A DNA stretch of 64,000 nt from positions 764,700 to 828,699 of the forward strand of contig NW_003314348.1 in assembly GCF_000143415.4 (NCBI RefSeq). Direction: 5' to 3'. A program made the position numbers and the translations under genes. Source of the DNA: Selaginella moellendorffii (Eukaryota > Plantae > Lycopodiophyta). Of this stretch, positions 12,966 through 25,374 are shown one piece after another. The notes under the pieces are model-generated. The model saw only the letters and a list, made by a program, of their open reading frames with translations. It did no database searches and was not told where the DNA came from. Positions within the stretch are counted from its first letter, which is position 1; each line of letters begins with the position of its first letter.

Positions 12966-13499
12966 GGCCGCAATTTCCAGTGCCGGAATGCTGCCCCAGG
13001 CGAACTTGCATGTTAGCAAAACAGTTTTGAAACTCTTGACAGGTTCTTTCCGGCTCTTTGTCAAGCAGCTTTCAAATCCTTCGAAAAAGATAGGGAAAGT
13101 GAAAGTAAAATAAAATAGAATATTTACTTATGGTCATGGCCCATAAAACTTAATATTCATTAGTCTAAGTATTTGTTTTGGAGTGTTACCTCAAGGATTT
13201 GGAAATGTTGTGTGCTGTGCTTGTGTTGTTGCTGATTTCAAGGACGAAGGCTGCCACCTCTCTGGCCACGGGCAGGGCATAAACTTCACCGACAGTAGCC
13301 AAATTTCCACTGGTAAGAAAATTGTTACGGTCTTTCAAATGACATGTTAGGGTTTTAAATATATCATCTATTATTTAATGATATCCTATCCTAAATTTCT
13401 GCTTATACTTTTAGCAAGATTGTGGTGGAAAATGCTACCGAACTCTTGCTTGAGCAGTTGGATTCATGCTGGGGCACCGAATAGTGGATTGAATTTAAA

Positions 13500-15400
13500 A
13501 GGTAAAAAAGCTAAAATGAAATGCTTGAAACACTAAAAGATAAGGAGATTTAGGAGAGTAATTAAACATGAGCCCTGTGGCAGAAGGTATAATTAGTACC
13601 ATCTAATGTGAAGGAATGCAGGGCAATTGTCATGTTCAACAGTCTCCATTTTCCTCGTAGTAGACTTGGCAAAGTCTGTCCTCCAAAGGAGTAAGTGGTT
13701 TGAGCCATTCTCCAACTGTTGAATATAGGTGGTGTCCTCCTGCTTGATAGGTAGTTAGGATCCTTTGAGTGCTTTTGTCCTAAAGGCCAGTGTAGCTGGA
13801 TGACAATTTCCCGTGTTGTGTTACTGTTTGTAGGTACTATTGGAAGGCAGTACTGGTTGGCTGTTTGAAAAGTGAATTCCATCCATTCTGCAGACACTTC
13901 GGTAATGTGTGAGGAGTAGATAATTGAGATCCATTCCTAGATCATGTTGTTCACGCAAACATGATGTTTTTCCTAAACCCATTTATAAATCCTTGCTGTT
14001 TAGATCCAATTTTCTTGGAAGATCATATACCCCAGAGACTTATACCTCATTCCTTTATCTGTGTTAGAGATAATCTCTTGTATCCAATCTGTCTTGTGAG
14101 GTTGACCACCAACCCTCTAGAATCTCAAGTTGTCTTTGAAACAAAGAGCAAGTGGATGTGAGGGGTAAGAGATCATTCACATACAGAAAGTATTGATATA
14201 GGCTAGCCATTTGTATCACTGAAAGATGGTGGTCAGTGAATAATGTTTCAATACATGCTGTGTGGTACTTCGCAAGTGGAGAGGAGTTCAACGGAGCGGG
14301 TCCGGAGGGGGCGATGGGAGAGAGGACTTTGGAAAGCGATGGGAACGAGCTATGGGACAAAATCAGTCCATTAATATATAGTCTCAGAAGAGTTGGCGAA
14401 AGTAGACAAACTTGCTTAACTCTTATGGTGATCAGAATAAGTTCTTATCCAGCAAATGACTTCATAAAGTGCCAAAAGTGCCTGGATTATACTTAATGGT
14501 GTCTCTATAACCTTCAAGTGATCCTGTAAACTTTGTCTAATCGCTAAACAATCATAGGTGTATTTAGGCCTGAAACCCGCTTGATTTTTCAACAATACGG
14601 GCAAATATTTAAAACCACTATGGTGTGGTGGTTTTTAGGAAGCATCTCATCACCACTTTTATAGATTGGAATGATGCAGTTTACTGTCCACTTTTTTGGG
14701 AAGCCATTGCAGAGAACATCACCTAAGATTTGAGCAAGTATCGTTGCTAGGAGGTGTTGATCACAAGCTTGAAGTAATTCCATATCAACAGCCTTCCAAA
14801 ATATGCTATATGCTTTGTTTGGGGTTGCCATACATTCTCGTTTTTTACGCTTGCATATTGGTGAGCTGCTTTGGCATCGGGTGCTTCAGATTGGGCCCTT
14901 TGCCTTTTGAATTGTATTCCATTGCTGGCGTTCATTATTCCACCATGGGGAGTTGGGGATGCGGAATGGGGAATGAGCTGCTGTGGTGAGGACTTTTATC
15001 AAGAGATCAGCATAGTTGTCAATTGGTACCATAAGTCCCTCAATTGTTCTGCATAGAGACTTCGCCGTTCTGCAATGATCTTGTATCTGATAGATGTGGG
15101 GAGCTGTTCATGAGCTGTAGTAGCTGGAGGAATTGTCGACGTCAATCCCAGAGGGCAGTGATCCGCAATCTCCAGATCCACTTGGATTGATTGAAGATCC
15201 ACTTTGTTTGAGGAGATTGTAGCCTAGTAATAGTGCCTAGTACCACGACTAGTGCGGCAAGTGAAACCCCCTGGGTGAGGCCAGTGCCGTGTTCCATTTA
15301 GAATACTGTGGTGCAGGTATCGAGTAATTGTTTCCCTGCGGTCTTGGTCGTGTCATCCTGGGCAATTGTGGTAACAAAAGAGTTCTTCATTGTAGAGAGT
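13500..15400 (-). mobile_element. Degenerate LINE (non-LTR retrotransposon) reverse-transcriptase relic
   Basis: Fragments WTVNCIIPIYKSGDEMLPKNHHTIVVL, NQAGFRP and FQRQLEIL are LINE RT-domain motifs, broken by stops and frameshifts. Ends are approximate. Confidence 0.75.
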
Positions 15401-15674
15401 GGCTTGCAAGGATGCAGTAAGTACGAGATGCAGTAGATAACGACACCGGAGGAGGATTCTTCAGAAAGGCCATATCCTTTTTTCAGTATTTGTTTCTTTC
15501 TTTTCTTCGGGTTTTTTTCTTTTAAAATTTCTGATGGGCGACTCTATCACTCTAGATGGAGTCCACTCAATGCAAGTTGGGAGTAAAGTCTCGCCTATCA
15601 ATTTAGCATTAGTTCATCTTCCATAGCCACACGGCTGGCCCTTCCCTGGCCACACATTTTACCATTGCGGAGAA

Positions 15675-15677
<3 letters not shown>

Positions 15678-15718
<41 letters not shown>
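15678..15718 (+). repeat. (GA)n microsatellite upstream of the COI1-like gene
   Basis: About 20 perfect GA units. Confidence 0.95.
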
Positions 15719-15721
<3 letters not shown>

Positions 15722-15796
15722 AGTAAAAAACAGAGAGAGAGAGGATCTTACGTACCACGACATCTTCTCCTTCCTTCCCGGTTAGAAGTGTTAGCG

Positions 15797-17864
15797 ATGG
15801 AGGAGCGAAGCAGTAACAAGAAGAAGAAGAAGAGCGCAGTGCTGTGGCTGTGCGATGAGCTGCTGGAGAGAATCCTCGCGCTTATCGCCGATCCCTGCGA
15901 CCGCGCGGCGGTCTCCGAGGTGAATCGGCAGTGGTACCGGGTGGAGGCGAGGACGCGATCGAGATTGGTGGTCAAGTGCTCGTACGCAGTGCATCCATGG
16001 CGGCTGGCCCAGCGATTTACCGGCCTCGCCAGCGTGACCATCAAGGGGCGGCCACGGATCTACGACTGGGGCTTGCTCGGGGACGACTGGGGCGGCACCG
16101 CCGACGCCTGGATCCGCGTCCTCGTCGCCTGCTGCCCCTCTCTCGCCGCCATCCACCTCCGCCGCTTCGACGTCCCCGACTCCGCCATCGCCGCCATTGC
16201 CACCGCCGCGTTTGCGAGCTCGCTGCAGGTGCTCAAGCTCGACCGCTGCTCGGGCTTCTCCACCCGGGGCCTCCTCGAGATCGCGCGCCACTGCAAGTGA
16301 GTCAAGCAAGCGATCATCTCTCTCTCAACGTTGTGTTCTATCTATATGATCCAGGAACCTCAGAGTTTTGAGCTTGGACGAGAGCATCGTGGATGGTGGC
16401 GGCGAGCAGTGGCTGCGAGCTCTGGCCGACACCGCCACCAAGCTCGAGGTGCTCAGCTTTAGCCTGACGGGGATCGAGGTCCGGGGCCTGGACGATGTGG
16501 CGGCGATTGTGAGCAGGAACAAGCGACTCGCCTCTCTTCGGCTTGACGAAGTTCGCACCACCAATGACGCCATTTCCAGGGCGCGGGGGATCCTTTGCGA
16601 TGCTGCATCGCTCCAGGAGATGCTGCTGCTCTATCGCTCCCTGGATGAGAGCAGCATCATCGAGAAGCTGGAGCTGCCCAAGACGGTCACTTCCCTCGCC
16701 GGGGATATCAGCATTCCTCTCGATTCCGGGCTCGCCTTCCGGCTGCTCAAGCTCGACTTGATGCTCACCACCCTCGATAGCTCGCAGCTCTCGCTTCTCC
16801 ACCAGACTTTCCAAGCGTGTCCCAACCTGGAAGAACTCAAGGTAATGAGACTTTCCGTAGCTTGGATCTTACTCTCTTCTTTCGCTCACTATCTCTCAGA
16901 GTTTGAACAAACCAGCCATTTGCTTTCTAAGTTCTTCCAATGTTTTCCAAAGTTCTCATCCAGTCACTAGCTAGCGCAAGTTGTTATCTCTCGACAGACA
17001 CATTCCTTAGCTTGGACACCATCAACAGATCATGAAGTTCTTTTCGAAAGTTCACCCTCCCCCGATCCTTCTATAGATCCATCGAAAGTTCTCAATCGAC
17101 TGAAGAGTACATTGCTCCTTTCCCAGGTGAGGAACAGCATCGGGGACGAGGGAGTCGAGGCCATCGCTAAGCACTGTCGGAAGCTCAAGCGCATCCGAAT
17201 CGAGAACCTCGAGGACAACCATCACTCAGTCTCGCAGCACGGCCTCATCGCGCTCGCCTCCAGCTGCGCACACCTCCGCACAGTAGCCATCTACGCCTCA
17301 GACGTGAGCAACGCAGCATTTGCCGCTTTTGGCATTTGCTGCCGGGACCTCTACGACTTCCGGATCGCGGTGCTCGACTCCCCGACCCCGCTCACCGATA
17401 CCCCGCTCGACGCCGGCGTCAAATCCCTCCTCCAGGGCTGCCGGGGCCTCCGCAAGCTCGCGCTCTACCTCAAGCGCGGCGGCCTCTCGGATCACGGCCT
17501 GGCAGAGATGGGGGTGCTCGCGGCCAATCTCAAGTGGCTGCTCCTGGGCTGCGCGGGCTACTCGGACGCCGGATTCGTGGGCCTCGCGGCCGGGTGCGCG
17601 AGGCTGACCAAGCTGGAGCTCCGGCACTGCCCGTTTAGCGAGGCCGGCATGGCGGCCGGGGTGGCGCGGATGGAGCGGCTGAGGTACGTGTGGAGCCAGG
17701 GGTACCGCGAAGTGGACGCCAGAGATTTACTGGCGCTGGGGCCGGCGTGGAACATCGAGTACATGCCGTCCCGCGATGCCGCTGTGACACAGTTCGTAGC
17801 ATATCGGTCGCTGCTTGGGCCCCGGAGGGATTGCCCGCCTCGCGTCATGCAACTGGTTGGCTAA
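15797..17864 (+). CDS. COI1: COI1-like F-box/LRR jasmonate receptor, 3 exons
   Basis: F-box, KGRPR...DWGG loop, KRIRIE, AIYASD, DFRIAVLD, LYLKRGGLSD, KLELRHC, YVWSQGY, WNIE and AYRSLLGPRRDCP; two introns. Confidence 0.85.
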
Positions 17865-19848
17865 GCGGAATTTTTAATTTTTTTAATAAATTTTTTTATT
17901 GCGGTGAGGTGGAGATCTACGATTGTCCGCATGTGTCTCGAAAGTTTGAAAAGAAGACACACCTATGGATAAAAAATTGAAACAAAGACCGTAAATTATC
18001 CATAGAATTTGTTGTATTCATTCATTCGATTTTGTTTACATGGTCTCGCAGTGCCCGCCAAGGATTTGAATAAGCTGCCGGAATGATATTTGCAGCTTTA
18101 TGTAAATGTACTTAATATTTTTGCTCTTTCTGAGTGCACGTCCAAATTTAGTAATTCGTATTTAGTTTAGGTCTAAGTTTTGCTCAGCTGACAAGAAACT
18201 GCCGCTTACAGACTGCCACGGCTGCATATGTAGAAAGACAACACGTATTGTTCTTATCTCTTCTCTCTTTTCTTCTTTTTGTTGCTTGTTTGTAGGGTGG
18301 ATGACAATTCAATGGCATGCATTCATGTATGCATAACTCATGGATGAGGACAGGTCAAGGCTTTTACATTACTTCTAAATAAGCCTTATAATACTCTTTG
18401 TAGCAGATGGATCTTATTAATACAATTACAATATAGGAGTATTTTTAGTGATGTTATTTATCCTTGTTTATCCAAAGGTTCGAAAGACAGTTTATATTCT
18501 TAATATTGTCAATCAAGTTGTTCGTAACAAATGGCACTAAAAATGAAGATGATGAAACGTTTGTAGTATCCTAAACAGGTTCCTAAACCTTATAAAATGG
18601 TGTTCAAGTCTATTTTAAGTTAGCTAGCTAGTTAATTGCTAGTTGTTGTACTTCATGCTTGTTGTCCCTCTCCCTAAGGACCTAATCCATGGTTTGAATT
18701 TTTGGGAAGCTAAGCAACACCACTTGATCTTACTTATGTGGCATTGTTACTTATATGGCCTGATCTTGGTTGGATTGAATGTCATATCATGAACAGTCAT
18801 GATCAAAACCTTTAATTTTATAGTGGAAATTCAAGTGGAGATTCTGGAGCTCCCCCTTAGATCTATGGCACAATCAATTATAGCTTGCATTGTCACCCTT
18901 CTATAGTTCCACATTTGTACGTATGTAGCTCATATTCTGGCATGCAGTAGTGGTACCTTAAGAAGCTTCATCTGTTGATTCTTGGCAAGGGGCAAAAGTA
19001 TCATACAATAGTATAACATAGGGGTAAAGAGATTAAAATTTTATTTGCTAGTAATTTTTATAACTATTGTATCATACAATTGTGAGAGCTAAAAAACAAT
19101 TTAGTAAATAAACAAAATTTTGCAACTAATTTAGTTATGATCATCACAAAATTAATTCAGAAAGTTTTAAAATGTTTTATCACTATATCATACTTTTGTC
19201 TTCTTGCTATCTAGATTGTGTTTGGTCCATTCTCACAATTCCTTTGATGATTCCTCTATGGTTGAATGTACGTGATGGTCATCTTTCAAGCAAACATCTC
19301 AGATTCCAGGAAGAGGAATGGAACCCTCCAAACTTACAGTTCATGCTCTATAAAGTTTAGTTGTGTCCAAAAAGAGCTGTGACCATTGTGTACAATGCAA
19401 TAGTAGTGTTTGTTTTGTCTTCCAATAATTGCATTGCTATGGCAATCTGACTGGAAGCTATGATGTTGAAATCAGCAGCCACTGCATAGGCCCCACACAT
19501 TTGCACTACTTTCACGCAGTCTTTGACACCTTTTGTCCATGTCCATCGTCTCAAAGATAAATTGCCAAATTTCCTTGCATTCCATAAGCTTGCAAGTTGT
19601 TGGAACCAGCAGCAAAAGCAAGTATAGGTATAAGCCGGAAAGCTGATTTAAGGATAATTGTTCTCCTTTGATATCAGTTCCAGTGCTTCAATATAATCTG
19701 TGTGGATTCCGGTTTGATGACTTAGGATCACAAACATGTTTATGAAGCAGCTTAAACTGAAACCAAGCTTTCGAACACAAGCTTTTGCATTCATTTTTTC
19801 TTTGTTTTATTGAAACAATCAGTTTTTAGTCTATTTAGTTATCCTCCT

Positions 19849-22256
19849 CTAGACTGTGGTGTAGCGAATCTTATCCATCTTCCACACAGCCAAGTGTGTT
19901 GCCTTGACTGGAAGACTTCCATTGTTGAACACGAACATATGAGCGTTGTTGTCACTCCCGAGAAGAGGATAGGATCGAGCAGTGATGCATGTCCGGCCGC
20001 CTTGAGCAAACGTTTCGACGATGGAATGATCCACCTGAGCCAAAAGTTTTTAGCATATTGTCTCGAGGAACTCTTCACCGACTTACCAAGATTCTCATTG
20101 TCAAAGCCTGACGATTCTTGTAGCTCGAGAGGCTTACTAGTCCACCGTAGACGCCTTTTGTAGCATCGGATGCCAGGGAAGAGCTGCAAGCACAAACAAG
20201 TTTTAAGAAGATTCGATGATTTTACAAGAGAACGAGAACCAACCTTGTGAGATCGTTGCAAACCATAGTTTTCCAGGAACCTTTGAACTTGAGGAACTTA
20301 AAGAACACGGAAGTTCTCTCGCGTAGATCCTCCGACGCAAGGACGTGGACTCCGAACGGGCCGATTATCTGCTCGGCCTCTGGAAAGCTGCCATTGCAGT
20401 ATATGAGGGTGTTGTTTGGAATTCCCTCGACTCTGGACGATTCAAAGTTAAATTCATCGTTCTCATCGTTGGCGTGAGCCTTTGGGATTTGAAAAGTCAC
20501 CTCGATATCGAGCTGCAAGGACAAAGAAAGCCATTCAGCTTGGAAAGAGAAAGAGAGAACAAGTGTGTGGTACCTGCGATCCTTGAGAGCCATTTACTTT
20601 GAAAACTTCTCCCTGCTTCAAGAGCAAATCTGTATGACGAATTGGATGCTTTCTTAGAGAATTGATCTCTGGCACGGGCCACTGCCGAAGGGAATGCTGG
20701 TTTTCGTCGAGCCATACAACTCTGGGAATTGCCTGTTCACAAGGACGACGAATTCTCAGCTAAAGCTTTGAAACGAAGCTAGCACACAAGCACAAAGGAG
20801 AACGCAGCGAGAACAACAAATGCGTGAATGAAAAACACTAAGCATGCAGTGAAGCCAAGGAAACGATCGAAACAAATGAAGACCAAATGCTTAAGTAACC
20901 TTAAGTAACGCATACGTACCTGGACAGAAGCCCATCCCTTGCGAATGTCCGACGTGGGCTTGTCGGCCTCGTTGATCCATCCCAGCAAAACTCTCCTCTT
21001 CTTGTGAGGATCATAGAACGACTTGGACGCGTAGTAAATCCCATAGTCATAGCGCAGCGCCGTTCCAATATCGAGCGCCTCGAAGCTGGGCAAGAACTTC
21101 TCCGACGCCGGGTCGTAATCGCCCACCACATACGTGTCAAATCGCGTCTCATCCAGGCTGACCTTGATCACGAACTTCTGGATCGCATTCTCCTCGCCAA
21201 GATAGTTCTCCGAGCCCTGCTGGCCATGGACCGCAACCGGGAAGAAATCCGGGCACTCCCACATCCCCGTCCCATTCACCGCGTGGAGCGATTCATCCAG
21301 GAGCTCCCATTTCGCGAAATCCTTGCTGCGGTACTGCAGGATGATCCCTGTGTCGTTGGCGCGATACTTGGATCCCACTGCAGTGCGCCATAGCCCATCT
21401 TGCCCAATCCACGCCGTCGTCGGGTCCCGGAAATCGCTGGTATTGATCCCCGGCGGCGGCACCGCGAAAGGATTCTCCGCGTCGACTTTGATCCATTCGC
21501 GCAGTAGCGGATCGGAGGAGTTCTTGGGCACAGCCTGGTCGAAATCAAAGAAGAAATGTCGAGCTCAAGAACCCTAGAAACGGAGGACATGGGAGGAGAA
21601 GACCTTGTTTTGGACTTGCGTGGAGGAATTCGTCCATCCAGTGTAGAGAAGAATGGGCTCGCCATTGACGATCGTCGCGGATCCCGACCACACGCCCTTG
21701 ATGTCATACCATCGATCTGGCACGAGAGCTAGCTCCTTCACGTACTTCCAGTGGATTAGATCCGTGGAGACGGCGTGGCCCCAAGTGATGTTCCCCCACA
21801 CGGCAGCGTAGGGGTTCCATTGATAGAAGAGATGATACACGCCTTTGTAAAACAGGGGACCTGGAAGAGCGGGGCAAAGAAACGCGTCAATCCATCGATT
21901 CCCGCTGCTGTCTCGATCGAAACTTGGGACAGAGGCTCACCATTTGGATCTGATCCAGGCCACCGATGCGCAGACGAGGATTCGGGCGAGATTCGGATTA
22001 GATTTCAGGATAAAAACGAAGATAAAAACAGAGCTCTTATTTTTTAAATACCGTTCATCCAGTTCTTCACTGGCTGGAAGTGGAATCCCGTGCGCTGCCA
22101 TTCCCAATCGAGATCGTTCCTCTGTGAATCCGGGGATTGATCGATCGCCGCGAGCGTCTGCACGTCGTATCGATCGGGGAGGGACAGAATCGAAGGGAGA
22201 AGGGCGAAGAACAGCAAGGAAAAGGAGAACAAGGAGGAGGAGGGAAGAGGAGCCAT
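19849..22256 (-). CDS. CWINV: GH32 cell-wall invertase, copy 2
   Basis: Signal peptide, [16 protein letters not shown], 9-nt mini-exon ATCCAAATG (21941-21949), FRDP, WECPDF, SLDETR and C-terminal [22 protein letters not shown]. Confidence 0.93.
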
Positions 22257-23055
22257 GGGCGCGAGGGAAAGAACAAGTGAAGATTGCGGTCCTTAAAACA
22301 CCTCCATTGCTGAAATTAGAGGCCCTCTTTTTCCTCGCGCGCATCGAAGTCAGCACTTCCGGCGAAAAAAAGCTCTGGTCCCCGTTCGATGCCCAGAATA
22401 TCCGCTTCCGAGATTTGGCGCCAGGGAAGAAACGCGGACGTGGCGACACGTGTCAAGGGCGATGATCCGTGTTATGACCAGTGTGTGTTCGTGGTACTTT
22501 GAAAGCGGAAAAAAATTTCCCAACTACTTTTTTTTCCAGGAACGTTGTCTGGATGTCTGGAGCCGACTGCAAAAAACAATGCGCAAGAAATTCGAGGGAG
22601 TGAAACGTTTTAATTTTGTTTGGCGCTGAGCTGCGCAAAATGCCGAGATTTTGCTGCCACGACAATGAATGAGTTTGTATGTTTTGAACGAAGGAATCAA
22701 AGGCACGAGCTCAACAGTCAACAGGTCACGATCTCAGCGATGGAAAATGGATGAAACTGCAAAGGTTTACTTTGTCAATACTTACTCGAGTCGTTCGTCT
22801 TGACTCGATCAATCAAAGACCTCTTTCTCTTCTCCTGCCCCCGTGACAAGCAAAAATATGGAAGTGTACCTCACTTCTTTGTGAAGAAACGTTTGTTTTC
22901 ATCCCTCCAGGGTGTTTTCGAGGTGGAGCCTGCTCGTGCTCCATGTTTTTCCAAATCCAGAAATCGTGGTTTGCATCATCTTCCAGATTTCTAGCTCTTC
23001 GCAATGCTGAGTCGCATCCATAGAGATTGCGTGAAGAAAAAACCATTATACCAAG

Positions 23056-25005
23056 TCAGAGCGTCGCGGAATAACTGCAGAAACGAACAAGCAATCCGTC
23101 AGTCAGAACGTTTCGAAGCTCTGAAACATACCTTTTCGCTGTCGACAACAAGACGTATGGAGCTGCGTCGTTTGGATCCAGCGTGCTCGCATTCCCCGCG
23201 GCGCTCTCCACAAGCTTCTCGGCATCACGCTGGACGTTGGAAACCCCCAGCAGCGCGTTCCAGCTCGTAGAGTCGGGCAGAAACGGCATGGTGTCAATGA
23301 GATCAACCGCGTCCTTGAGCTGCCCCGATCGCCCAAGCATGTCCACCATGCACCTGTAGTGCTCCGAGCTCGGCCGCAAGCCATGGTCGCTAACCATGCT
23401 GCTAAAGCACTCCAAGCCTTTGGCAACCAAGCCCGCGTGGGCACACGCCGTGAGGATGCACAGCATCGTTCCCTCGTAAGGCCGAGTCCCTTCCAAGGCC
23501 ATCACCTTGAGCAGCTCAAACGCGTCGACGCAGTGGCCATTCTGAGCGTAGGCGGAGATCATCGTGTCCCAGGCGATCGCGTCACGGTATGGGACTTGAT
23601 CAAACATCTCCTGGGCTTCGAAGACCCGGCCGTTTTGCACGAAGGACGCCATCATCGCCGTCCACGAGATGAGGCACCAGTGAGAAAGCTTGAAGAACAC
23701 GTCCCGCGCGTCTTGGATATACCCGTTTCGAGCATAGGCCGTGAAGAGCGTCGTCCATGACACCTGTGTTCTCTGCGGCATTGCATCGAACAAGCTCCGG
23801 CACTGCTCCAAATCTTCTCTAGAGTTGTGCGCAGCCAGCATGGTGTTCCAGGAGATCACGTTTCTGCACGGCATCCTCTCGAACACGAGCTTTGCTAGAT
23901 CCAAGTCTCTGTTTTGGACGAGCCCCTGAACCATTCCCGTCCAGACTATGACATGCTTCCCGGGCATCTGGTGGAACAAGCTCTTGGCCGTCTCCAAATC
24001 GCCAGCCACCATTGCTGCATGGATCAGTGACGGCCAAGACGAGTCATCCGTGCTTGGAATCCTGGAAAACACCTCCGTCGCCTCCTTCAAGCAGCCGAGC
24101 TGAGCGAAGCCTGCAATGATCGAGTTCCAGCACAGGACACTTCTCTCTGGCACCCAGTCGAAGAGCTTCTTCGCGTCGAGCATCTGACCGAATTGGGCAT
24201 ACGCTGTGATCATCACGTTCCACGCCACGCGATTGTGCTTCGCCATCCTCTTCACAAATTTCTTTGCCTTCGTGAAATCCCCGCTCGCTGCGTAAGCGTG
24301 TAGCATTGTCGTCCACGAGACTGGATCTCTTTCGCCCATGATCTCGAAGAAATGCTGCGCGTCTCGCAAATTCCCTTCCCGGGAATACCCGAAGATCATC
24401 ACGTTCCAGGAGACCAAGCTCTTCTGCCGCATTCGATTGAAGAGATTCCTTGCCGCTAGCATCCGCCCGCTGCGCGCGTAGGCCGAGAGCATCGAATTCA
24501 CCGACACGACGCTCCACTTCGCCATATGCTGGAGCACAGCGCTCGCCTCCTCAAGAAACCCTCCCTGGGCATAAGCCGCGATCAAAATATTCCAAGAGAT
24601 CACATCCCTCCTGTCGATCGCGTCGAAGACCTGCTTCGCCGATGCGGCGCTGCCGCACTTCCCATACATCCCCACAATGTGATCCGAGAGATACTTCGAT
24701 CGCGAGTACCTGCTGTCGAGAACCTGTGCTTGGATCGCTCTCCCCAGCTCCAGATCCCCGGAAAGCCCCGAGGATCGGAGAACCGATGCGTAATCCCGCG
24801 GCTGGAGCGACTCCTCGATCTCCTTGGCCCTGGCCGCCGCCTGGATTCGCCGATCTTCCAGCACGGTGGCCGCTAGCGCCCCCCATGGATTGGGACTAGG
24901 AAATGTGAGAACTAGCCAATGGAGATAGCGATCGGGCAGCGGCGTCAAGACGTTCTTGTCGATTTGCCGCTGTAGCTTGCGAAGAACTAGGTCACGAAGT
25001 TTCAT
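23056..25005 (-). CDS. PLS-class PPR protein with tandem ~31-aa S-type repeats and E domain, no DYW
   Basis: Intronless ~650 aa; repeated VSW...AYA/A...F..M units; L2-S2 (ILTACAHAGLV, HYRCMVDMLGRSG) and E motif (MPFLPDSTSWNALL...APYVLLS). Confidence 0.92.
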   Translation of the reverse strand: MKLRDLVLRKLQRQIDKNVLTPLPDRYLHWLVLTFPSPNPWGALAATVLEDRRIQAAARAKEIEESLQPRDYASVLRSSGLSGDLELGRAIQAQVLDSRYSRSKYLSDHIVGMYGKCGSAASAKQVFDAIDRRDVISWNILIAAYAQGGFLEEASAVLQHMAKWSVVSVNSMLSAYARSGRMLAARNLFNRMRQKSLVSWNVMIFGYSREGNLRDAQHFFEIMGERDPVSWTTMLHAYAASGDFTKAKKFVKRMAKHNRVAWNVMITAYAQFGQMLDAKKLFDWVPERSVLCWNSIIAGFAQLGCLKEATEVFSRIPSTDDSSWPSLIHAAMVAGDLETAKSLFHQMPGKHVIVWTGMVQGLVQNRDLDLAKLVFERMPCRNVISWNTMLAAHNSREDLEQCRSLFDAMPQRTQVSWTTLFTAYARNGYIQDARDVFFKLSHWCLISWTAMMASFVQNGRVFEAQEMFDQVPYRDAIAWDTMISAYAQNGHCVDAFELLKVMALEGTRPYEGTMLCILTACAHAGLVAKGLECFSSMVSDHGLRPSSEHYRCMVDMLGRSGQLKDAVDLIDTMPFLPDSTSWNALLGVSNVQRDAEKLVESAAGNASTLDPNDAAPYVLLSTAKRYVSELRNVLTDGLLVRFCSYSATL

Positions 25006-25374
25006 CAAGAGAAGGAGGGGTATATAATAGATACTCTAAGTATATTCTTGCTCATAATAGTAACTAATATTAATTAATCAGTATTAAGGAAAAGCGCGGA
25101 TTGGATAGATTCCACGTGTTGTTCTTTCCTTCTTTAACCAACCGTTCGTTTGCCCGGGAGCCCTAAAGCGCGGCGATGGCGCTGGGCGGCCTGGGCAGCG
25201 AGGTAGCGTCGCATTCGCTGTGTAGATCGATATTCTCAGGGATTTTGCTGATAGATATTCTCCTCGCGATCCAGCTGAAAATGATCGACAAGGAGGTTCT
25301 GGGGGGGATTATTGTGTGGCTGTTCTTGTTCCTTCGATTCGAGGTGAAATAGCGGGTTTGATAGCTTCATCGCG

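Noticed and set aside
13240-13505. Exon-like segments with AG/GT borders next to the LINE relic (also near 18295-18352)
   Set aside because: No consistent reading frame or recognisable homology, so a gene call cannot be supported.
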